The translations under genes and the position numbers were made by a program. 64,000 nt of DNA, from positions 2,418,001 through 2,482,000 of the forward strand of contig JBHGNT010000010.1 in the NCBI GenBank assembly GCA_043228905.1, read 5' to 3'. Shown in pieces: positions 49,996 through 64,000 of the stretch (within the stretch, counting starts at the first letter, position 1; each line of letters starts with the position of its first letter). The notes beneath the pieces were generated by a model. It made no database searches, was not told the origin of the DNA, and saw only the letters and a program-made list of their open reading frames with translations. Source of the stretch: Azolla caroliniana. Lineage: Eukaryota; Plantae; Polypodiophyta.

Positions 49996-52860
49996 CAACG
50001 GGATTTATGAGTAATTCATTGGGTGTCTGCAAACTTATAATTAAGTCCTCAAATTCTTAATTATCATGCACATATGGTTGAAGTTTTGGCATTGGCCAAC
50101 AATGACGAAAATTTGTAGGGTGGGATCATATAAATTGTGGATGAATTGATCCATAACTTTTTTCGTCAATCATCTTATGATTGTTGTCACACCTATTCTA
50201 TAGGCTTTATGTTTGGAGTTTGTACTCTCATTCAATTTCATTTGCTTATTGTTTGAGGAAGAAGAATTGGCTAATGAGATTCCGCTTTGAACCTCTCATT
50301 ATGTTCATAATTGTTGCCCACTTCTGTAAAATGAGATAGGAGCTTGCATATATGGGCTGATTTGCTATCTATAATTCATATTACCACTAGAGAGTGTGGA
50401 TCTCCTCTCTCATTCAACAAAGGTTAACCACGTTTGTTTGGCTTGGAGGGTGGTGAGTAGTTTGGGTTTGATGTGTTTTTTTTCAACACCATCATCTTTG
50501 TATGCTAGGTTGTTGGTGATTTGTGATTTTGAGATCCTACCAAGGGCTCCTCACGATCTATGAAGTACTAACAAAGTGAAAATAAGGCATGGTCGTGGTG
50601 TTTGTGAACATGGATACAAATTTGGTGTTCACGAGCCTTAGCTATTTTCATGTTCAACTATGTACACGCTCCTAAGATTGATTGAATCACATAGCATTTG
50701 TTTGACCAAAACTCAATTTCTACATTCAAGGCTTTTGGTGAAGGATTCTGTCTTCGTTGGTGCACATGAGTTTAATTAGGGTTAACTTAGGACAACCTTT
50801 CTTGGGAGAAGGGGATGCTGAGGTGTTACTATGATAATTGAGTTTTATATTCTTAAACCTACTCCCTAGTCCATTATTGGCTTTCTTAGGGCTAATTGAT
50901 ATATGGGATGTACACTTTTGTGGTGAACATCTATATAAAATACCATATATATATATATATATAATATGATAATTAGCATGCCATCACAAAAAGGTCATAA
51001 GGAGACTTGGACCCATGATGATTACAATATGAATGTTATAAACTTGATAATTTATGCTAATGTATGGTATAGACTTGATATTACGATATGCTACCACCTA
51101 TTATCGGCTAATGCATGAATGGCAAAATGGCATGCGTGCATGAAAATATCGAGTGGCCATCATGCATAGATATGACGTGGCAAGCATGCATGTGTCTAAT
51201 GATGTTATATAAACAAGTTCTCTAGTTATTGATGAATCTTTTCATTCAAACTCCTGAGAGCAAGAGAGAATGGATGAAAAGAATAGAAAAATAAGGGAAG
51301 AATGTAACTATATTAACAAGAAGAACAAGATTACACGAATACACCGAAAACTATAGTCAAGTACACATGTGTCTAACTATGCCTATATAGGCAAAGTTCT
51401 CGAGTTATTGATGAATTATTTTGGTTCATGCTAGTTTTCAACGTATTCTTGTAATCCTATCATTCTTGTTAACATAATTACATTCTTCTCTGATTTTCCC
51501 CACTCCTTTCTTCCATTCTATCTTATTTTTGGCCACTACACACTTTTGGTGCTTTTCAAGGGTGCTTAAGAACCTTGGAAACCAAATTGTCACAAAACTT
51601 TCTTTGTTGACATGTTTTCTTAGTATAAGCTCTATTTGGAGGACAGAATCACGGAGCTATACACGAGAAATACTCACAAGTTACTATATTTGCTCATAAG
51701 ATGAAGAACTACAATAGGGACACTTTTAATATGCCATTCCATTTAAATAAAGATATAGAAAACTAAGGTTGAGATATGAAGTCGGGTTATTAGATTCAAA
51801 GATCAATGTTCTAACATTTTACATCATGTGAGATAAACCTTAGCGGCATGGGATTATTCACATCGAAATTAGAGAAACAATATAGCAAGGTTCTATCATA
51901 ATTTGAAGATGGGAGAAGCAGAAAAGTAATGTGTTTCACAGCTTCAAAACTCAAGATAAACCCTTAAAACAAAACATTAAGGTTTTCTTGAGATGAGTAA
52001 TCAGGTTATTGGATTTAAAGTTCTATGTCCTAGGCACTAGATCATAGACCCATAATCATTTCCATCGAAATGCGCAATCTATAATGGGATGCGATTTAAG
52101 TTCTTCATCAAACTAGACGAAATAATTTTTATTCCTTCAAATTTTCCACTTGGGGTTGTAGCTAGTTTCTTAAGGATGGAAATGAGCTAATCAATGGACA
52201 ATCAAAAGGAAGTGCATGAATGGTGACCGGGCCTAGACAAGCCAAACAAACAACTAAAGTCTTTCCAGTAGACAAATTTTTGTGATTCAATGAGGTTGGG
52301 AAAGAAAAATTACCAATGGATGGCCATAGAAGTATACATGTCATAGGATTGAACGGATGCAAGCCCAACCAAAGAACTAACAGATTGCTACCCAATTGAG
52401 TGACTTGTTGAAGTAGGAAAATGACTTATCAACGAAGAATCAAGACATAAGGAAACCTCGATATAGAACTCTATTGGCATTTCACAATGCGTGAACTAAC
52501 ATGTTCTAAAGTTTTGTTACTTTTAGGTAAATACTAGACAACATATGGAATTTGTGAACTTAATATTCCTAAGTCTTATTTTCTACTTTTAGACTTTAGT
52601 AATGGATTTCATTGCAATGGATTTGTGTCCGGGGGTATGTATCATGTATGCATTAGCAGGATAAGATAAGTCCAAGATGATCACATTACATACTTAGAAC
52701 CCAAACATTGGGCGAGGAAGACAATGGAGGAGAGAGCATATAGATAGATCGACGAAAATCTCTGTATTTTGAATGATGGAGAAAGGTAGAAATATCATCA
52801 ATCTCTCCTGTTATTGCATCTGATTCTGTTACCATAGGTTATTTGTGAAGAAACCCTCGT

Positions 52861-54780
52861 ATGAACCTACAGAGGAAGTCTCCGTATGTAATGGATTTTG
52901 AAGCATATGCACCAGAAGGTATTTATTTTCCTGCTCTTTAACCCCCATGTGAGATAAATATAAAAGAAAGGTATGGAAGTTTTTATATTTCATGTATGCT
53001 GAGTATCAATATGTGCTCTGTATATATGTGTGGATATGGATATGGATAGGCTCCTACCCATATGTGGACCAGTATGTTGCATATCATCAATATATATCTT
53101 GATCAATTGATGATTGGATCCATGTATGGAACGGTATGATGCATATAATGATATGTTTTGATCAATTGATGCATGGATACATGTATGGATCAATGCGATG
53201 CATATCAATATGTCAATAGATTATATGTTATGGAGGTTTGTTCAGCTCCATGTATGCATTATGGATCAAATTTGTTTTTGCAAATTCATTCTGTTGAACT
53301 AAATTTGATGCATATTGTTATATGGTTTGCTAAATTTGATGCATGGAACTAGCCATGTGGAAGTTGATTCATATGGGGTTTACCCTGATATTTAGTGAAG
53401 ATTACTGAGCAAATGTTTGTGTAAAATTTTGCAAATCTTGGATCAAAAGAAATAACAGGAAGCCATCAAAACCTTCGATGGGGATAGAGATGTTCACTGC
53501 TGCAAAATAATAAAGGAGAATTTTGATAGAAAAAAGTGGACACAAATGAATTATATTTTACCTTTTTTAGGTTAAAAAAATCCAAGAGGGGGGAAAACAA
53601 TGGCACTGACTATGTATGGGAATTTCGATAAAAAGATTTCTTTGTCATGTCAGTGGTGAATTGAGATTATAACCAATATCTTATAGATGTGGAGTTTAGG
53701 ATGCTTATTCGTTATTACAGGTGGAACCTTTATTGATGATGATTTGAATAGTGATAAAAATGGAGGAGAGACTTCTAGTAATATACCTCCTGAGGTCCTC
53801 TTCTATGTGATCCCATACATGAACCTGCAAGACATCCTCAACATGGAATGTGTTTGTAAATATTTGAGACAATGGGTCAGAAACGATATCCTATTGTGGC
53901 GAAAATTGCATGTAGAACCTCCTTTGAGCAGAAAACTAAGAAATCGTGATCTTATCAAACTATTCAATCGGACAAAAGGAAAACTTGAATGTCTCATTTT
54001 GGTGGATTGCATGATGATTACTGAAGGTATTATTCGTCATATCATTCTATCAAGTCCAATGCTTTACAAGGTGAGGCTTCCGACCTTCTTATTTTTACCT
54101 TCCTTATGAGTCAAATTTAGGTCTAGGAATAGTTCCACTTCTTCTATGTGATTCCTATTTGCTAACTTTGGATGTAGTTTTAGAAAGATGACTAACCACA
54201 AGATCTTGACTTACAGATTTGTCTTCCCAATTGTACGATGGTAAATGCTGGATCAATGGTGCAAATGGTTAATGAACGCGATGATAGGGGAATGGCCCCT
54301 CTAAAGGAAATGAAACTACATAACATAAGTGGCCTAGAGAGAGAACACTTGGAAAGTTTGCTATCAATGATGAGTTCTTTACATACCACAATTAAGCCTC
54401 GATATTATCATGAACCACATGAGGTTTACTCTTCTGATGGGAGAGCGATTGATGTTGAAGTGTGTCCCAAATGTAGCAATGTGAGGCTCGTGTACGATTG
54501 CACTAGGGAAAGATGCCGACAAAAGCCGGAGTGCCGAGGGTGCATTTTGTGTGTGCTTAGGTGTGTGGAATGTGGTATATGCATGGAAGAAGATGAGTGT
54601 GAAGAAACATTATGCCACGATAACGTGTGCTTGAAGTGTTGGTTGAAACTGTCTAAATGTGGAGAATGTAACCGACCTGAGTGTGGTCGCCATGCTAATT
54701 GGATGTCAGACACTGTATTTGTTTGTGATGAATGCACCAATTCTTCGTGGGACGAAACCGGAGTGGAGTTTGACTTATAG
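52861..54780 (+). CDS. F-box protein, SKIP14/SKIP28-like, with Cys-rich C-terminus
   Basis: Exon 53721-54070 (F-box PPEVLFYVIPYMNLQDILNMECVCKYLRQWV..D.LLW) and exon 54217-54780 (RAIDVEVCPKCSNVRLVYDC...CRGCILC..RC.ECG). The putative first exon 52861-52918 is phase-compatible but less certain. Confidence 0.85.
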
Positions 54781-56483
54781 GTTGTGCATTGGTTGATTGT
54801 ATGAACAAAGCACATGGTAGATACTAGAAAGAGCATTTCAAATGCAAAGTATTCTTTATTGTTACATGAGATCATATTAATTGGGATTTGAGCTTTCTTG
54901 AGTGAGAAACATACGGAAGCAATTAGCTAGAACATATAATTGCTATCAATATTGTACTATAGAATTATGAACTTATGTAAGATTGTAATGTCAATTTGAT
55001 TGTTTTGGAGGATATCTAGATAATAATAGCTACAACCACATACATGCCCATCATTATAAGTTAATTCTTCAAGAGAAGGAACAAAAAAAATGGAGCAATT
55101 CCTTTTTACATGATGGACAAGCGTAAAGTAAATCATAGCATATACCAAGTGTTGTTTGGAATGAAAGTTTATGAAGGGGCTTTATAACTTTAAAATACTC
55201 GTTAACAAAATGCTAACTATGTCATGATGGCTCTATATCTACAAGGACACACATGACACGTTAGCTTAGCAAAAAGCTAGGGCAACAAATAGTAAAAGAA
55301 ACCCAAACAATGAAAAGTTTTCCTTGTGCAATAGATTATATGCATGCATGAGGTGGGTTTCCACAATTGTGTTACACTCGTGCAAGGTATTGTGGTAAAA
55401 TCATTCTTGGAGCTGTTTCTTTCGTATCACAATGCCTTGCATGTGAATTTGGCATGTTTTCAATGAAATTTTGACAAGATTTTACCACATTTCAAGAACT
55501 CCTAGCAAACATGAAACCATCACCAAAGACATAGGGCATGTTCTTCACTCTCAATTGCATGGTCTTTAGTAAAAATCTTGGACATGAAGAGTCCATCCAC
55601 ACACATTTGACCTCTGAGGAAGATAAGAAAACCTATCTATTTAACTCTATCTATTGAATTTTTCATACATAAATAGCTTGCTTCAAGCACTACATGGAGT
55701 GCTTGATCTTTAAACTTGGATCTAAGAAACACCAGAGACTCTTGTCACTTATGAATGTTCCCCATGGCAAATGTGTAGAATAAAACCATAAGTTCTTGAT
55801 TTTGTCTAGCTTGGTTACTCTTGGCACAAATTGTCTATTTTTTTCTTAAGGCAATGAATATATTACATTGTGGTATGCCAATGCCACATATGCTAAACAT
55901 GTCGTCCATTGTTTCCATTCACTCTAGATTGTGTCTTGCTTTGCCATAGTGAAAAGCAATTCCGTCTTTTTTGGTCGATCCGATTAACATGTACCATGCA
56001 TGTGGAGCCTATATTAAGAAAATAGGTTAACATTTCGCATCGTTTAGATGGCTAACTAACCACTTGAAGAAGCTTTTGACAATGAATTGGTCCTTCCTGG
56101 ATTCAACCCCACGTGGCATGTGTTTCATGCTTGTATGATAACTATTATATTTCAAATGCTATTGTCTCCTCATTTCTTGTGACCAATGACAACATACCAC
56201 AACAACATGGATTTTTGTTCTCCGTGTGGTGTGCTTTAATTGCTTATCCCCCAAAAGAATTTGGTATGCCCTATGTTGCTTGTGACCTACAAAAAATGAG
56301 CCACATCAACATGGAATTATACATCTCACATTTTGCCCAACTAATGAGAAGCTTCAACATGAGTGTGTATTATGGGGGCAACAAAGAAGTTGTTCGCTTC
56401 ACATTTTGTGTGATTAATGAGAAGCTACAACATCTATATGAATGTCGTTGTGACCAATGAGAAGCTTCAATATGAGTGTATGA

Positions 56484-56980
56484 TAACAATCGGCAACGGT
56501 TCGGTTTGAACCGAACTGAACCGCGGCTTAATGGTTTCATTGGTTCGGTTCAGGTTTAGGTTTTTTTTAACGGTTCGGTTCGGTTTCGGTTTGGTTTCAG
56601 CAGTCAAAAACTGCGGTTTAAACGGTTGAATGGTTTTTATTTTTAAATTTTAAAAAAAAATTTTAAAAAATTTAAAAAAATTCTAAAAAATTTTAAAAAT
56701 TGTTTTTAAACAATCTTTTCATTTTTACTCTTATTCTCACATTTTAGGAACATCTTAAAAATTTTAAAAATTCTAAATAATGAAATATTATAAATTTAAA
56801 AAAATAAAAAATAAAAAATTGACCTATGTGGAAAACCGAAACCGAACCACGAAACTGCGGTTTTTACGGTTTAAAGGTTTAACGCTTTGAAAAGGTTTAA
56901 CGGTTCGGTTCAGGTTTTTTTTTAGGTAAACGGTTCGGTTTGGACCCTCTCAAACCGAACCGAACCGTTGCCGATTGTTA
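56484..56980. mobile_element. hAT-type MITE about 410 bp upstream of the CDPK start
   Basis: Perfect 23-bp TIR taacaatcggcaacggttcggtt ... aaccgaaccgttgccgattgtta. The 8-bp flanks gtgtatga and atgtatga match at 7/8. Many subterminal AACCG/CGGTT motifs around an AT-rich core. Confidence 0.88.
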
Positions 56981-57160
56981 ATGTATGAATGGGTAGTAGT
57001 AGTAGTGGTAGTAGTCACATGGACCCATCCATCCATCCATCCATTCATGCATGCATCCATGGGCATGGCATCCCATGGAAGCCCAAACGACAACTAGCCC
57101 CGAGAATGGGAAGGGCGTGTGCCCCTTCTCCTCCCCACCGTATATTCCACAGACTGGTTT

Positions 57161-57196
57161 TTAGGGTTAGGGTTAGGGTTAGGGTTAGAATTAGGG
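57161..57196 (+). promoter_or_regulatory. (TTAGGG)n tract / telo-box in the CDPK promoter or 5' UTR
   Basis: ttaggg x4, then ttagaa and ttaggg, followed by a poly-C run. Confidence 0.65.
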
Positions 57197-57389
57197 TTCC
57201 CGCTCCCCACTTTCCCCCCCCCCCCCCCCCCCCCCCCCTTTTTCTCTCGCATCAGAAAGCTATGGTGATGGCCATGGCGGTTGAATCTCCGAGCATACTT
57301 GTAAATTGACCCTAAACATAGGAAAACCCCTGAAGCTTTCCCTGCATCCGTCTCGACTCTCCTCAAAGCAAAGCGAAGCAAGACAAATC

Positions 57390-61059
<3,670 letters not shown>

Positions 61060-63048
61060 ACGAGCCTAAAAATGACAAAAAAAAAGAGAATCCGAGAAAG
61101 AAATTTTATCTGCAATGGGGGGTTGAAGAGTTCAAAGCAAACAATTGCTACACATCCTTGAAACTTAACTTGGAGCACACGTTATTAGTAAAGAGTAAAG
61201 AAGGGATGCATACATACACACAATCTCTCTCTCTCTCACACACACACACACAACACAAAATTCACAAAAACAAGAAAGCAAAATGGAAACTTTTTACCAT
61301 GATTCAAGTGGTTTTGCCAAATATTAAAGCATCCGTGCACATTCCTTAACTTAAAAGAAGCATTAGTTGTGGCTGTCACAAACAGGTTGAGAATGAAAAC
61401 AATAATAAACACGAAATGCATTTGCCTAGTCAAGTTAGGTACAGACCAGTTGCAATTGCATCCATCTCCACTTCAGTTAACCACCAGAAATTGTCTTCAT
61501 AAACAAATGAACTCCTAACCAATCTGGTTAGACCAAATTTTATATCACCTTTTTGGATGGAAAGCATCAATCTTTAAATCGTATCAAAACTGTCCATGAC
61601 CAAGAGTGAATCTTCATGCATCACAGGATAGTGAACACCCCAAAAAGAGACTAGGTGGACATAGGGTTTGCCTTTAAATGATTTGCGTTTAAAACATTGC
61701 TTCTCCAAGAGAGTGTGTACTTTGTTGACCTTATGGGTTAACTAGAATTAACTGTTTGAAGGTGAGTTGTAATTTCTCTCCAGAAGGCACAATGAAGCAA
61801 AAAGTTTAATTCAAGTTACACAAAAATTCAACATACAATGAGGTTCTAGCTTCCTAGATGGACACACTTGCCCCTCAAACTAACATTGCCCAATTTCAAA
61901 ATACTAAGTTGATGTCTAAATCATTGTGTTAAATATCAAGATTTTAAGCCATTACATTTTAATGATAATGGATTTTGGCTTCTAATATATTGGGGGGTTG
62001 TCATAGTGGTGTAGATTCTTGATCAAAAGCCACCAATTCATCAATAGTAATGCCTAGTCAATGTGGCTAGTAAAGAAATCTTGAACACTATAATAACTTC
62101 ATGATGAAATCACCATATTTGTTCCCTAGACTTTGAACATGCAAAGGCTTTATATTCTTTGGAACATCCCTCCCAATCCAACACGTAAATGATTGATTTT
62201 AGATTTATGTACTTAGCTTCTTTAGTTTGTTAAATATATAAACACAATAATGAAGTAAAGATTATGCTTTGAAATGATACCCTTGTGTGTTGGGCGCTAA
62301 TAGTTTGGTCGGAATAATATATCTTTACAAATGAAATGGTTTCCACTAGGTGTCAAGTGTTGAGGCCAAAAACCATATTAAATAAGAAATACAATAGAGA
62401 AACAAAATTTTATTGTGGAAAAGAGCAAGACGCGCAAGGTTATGCCAAAGTTTGGCATTAAATCAAAATGTGTTGTCAACATAGAACCCTCATATATACT
62501 TATTGTTTGCTATCATGAGAATGGTTACACTACTTATTGTTACCATGCAGAAAGCTACGATGATAGTCACGAATACAAACAATTATCATAAATAATTATC
62601 ATGCCCCCAAACATATTACGCCCCCCCCCCCCCCCCTCTTCCTTTGGAGGATTAGTTACAATGCCACTTGTTGCCATCCCACATAATCAACATGCACCAA
62701 GTCATGCATGGTGTCAAGAGCACCGTCAAATGTAACACCAACACCCTTGTCCAAGAAGGTATTGTGTTATCTTGTATTTCCAACTTCCAAAGTTGCTTTA
62801 GTGAAGCTTCTTATCAAGGAGAGAGCTCCTATTCATATATTCATGTTCAATTTGTTAGGAATCAGATGAGGGATATGTGCAAAGCACACTGATGTTGGAA
62901 GCAACATTGTCATCTATTCTCGTAAGAGCAAAATGTAAGTACTCAACTCTTAAACATGATCCACATGGACGTACACCATGACATTTGGCAGATGTCCCTT
63001 TATAGATGACCAGTACTGCCAAACGTGGGTTTACCAACGTACGTTACC

Positions 63049-63295
63049 CCATGTAACGTTTGCCTCTCAAATGTTCTAGAATTTTACGAATGGTTTTTTT
63101 TGCAATCAAGAGTGCACATTATAATAGCACCAAGAGAAGTGTGATTTAAGGATGGGGCTATTCTGCAAGTGTTTAGCCATGTAGCGTTTGCCTCTCCAAT
63201 GTTCCAGATTTTTAAGAATGATTTTTTTGCAATTAAGAGCGCACATTGTAATAACACATAAGAGTAGTGTGTGTCAAGGATGGGGCTGTTCTTGA
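63049..63295. repeat. Diverged 128-bp period tandem duplication
   Basis: ccatgta(a/g)cgtttgcctctc.aatgttc.aga at 63049 and 63177; both copies end in aaggatggggct.ttct. Confidence 0.8.
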
Positions 63296-63440
63296 CAAGT
63301 GGAAGATTAAGCTTGAATGTGAGTGGATAAATGTCAGAAGGGAGAGTGAGTGTGACTCAATCCATTCATACATTCTATGATGGCATTCAGTGAAAGGAGA
63401 GAGAAACATTTATGACGTCCACAAGAGATCAATTGCAATT

Positions 63441-63704
63441 CTATGTGATGGGGCTTGGTTGCACATGGTGACGATCAAACTCGGGTTCTCCTAGTTTCAT
63501 GACTTTGATCCTATAGTGTAAACCACCATGCCAATAGGTGAGGCTCGAACGCAGGTTCGGTCATTGATGATCAAACTATGTGATGGGGCTTGGCTGCACG
63601 TGGTGACGATCAAACTTGTGTTTAACCGAGCTTCATGATTTTGATCCTACAGTGTAAACCACTATGCCAATAGGTGAGGTTCGAACGTAGGTTCGATCAT
63701 TGAC
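63441..63704. repeat. 135-bp period tandem duplication
   Basis: ctatgtgatggggcttgg.tgcac.tggtgacgatcaaact at 63441 and 63576. Confidence 0.82.
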
Positions 63705-64000
63705 GAACGAGTTCATCGTATGATCGATTCGAGTCGCCCACATGTGTCTGTCTGCCGGTGTGTGTCGGTTCATCCGAGATTTCTTCTCTTTCTCTTTTTT
63801 TTTTTCTTCTTCTTCTTCTTCTTCTGGTTGCTAGCTTAGTAAAAGCTTTCTTGGTGAAGAAGAAGAAGAAGAAGAAGAAGAAGAAGGAGGAGGAGGAAGA
63901 GAGGCTTTGTGTTGTGCTCTGCTATGCTCTACTAAAGTAAAAAATCAAAGGCAACCAGAAAACTGCATTTTACTTTCCCCACTTTTCTTCTTCTTCTTCT

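Noticed and set aside
63758-64000. 60-aa ORF with poly-L/poly-K and a (TTC)n/(GAA)n foldback
   Set aside because: Trinucleotide microsatellites, probably the UTR or promoter of a gene beyond the window; no coding evidence.

Overview
This is a gene-rich nuclear window from a land plant. The PLS-PPR style and intron structure suggest a non-seed plant such as a fern, which is an inference only. Host genes, in order: the 3' part of a VIP1/PPIP5K inositol-pyrophosphate kinase, a PLS-E PPR, a SWAP/CID (CHERP-like) protein, a PII-2-like LRR protein, a 6-exon bacterial-type aldo-keto reductase whose catalytic Tyr is replaced by Phe, RTF1/VIP5, an F-box (SKIP14/28-like) protein and a CDPK. LINE fragments, MITEs and local tandem duplications lie between them. 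The most notable feature is a ~12 kb insertion between the divergent AKR and RTF1 genes. It holds two related Mutator-like elements, 33200-39728 (intact) and 40076-45186 (non-autonomous), docked in a (CATA)n-derived 33-bp minisatellite. Both have the same asymmetric termini (5'-GCTCGT ... TAGACACGTCG-3') and the same hairpin at all four ends, but different subterminal motifs. The intact element encodes a 974-aa DDE/SWIM transposase with an integrase-like HHCC segment. It also carries a 3-exon, 161-aa C2H2-finger gene, of which the ORF track shows only part of exon 3. Both genes are bracketed by their own tandem repeats.
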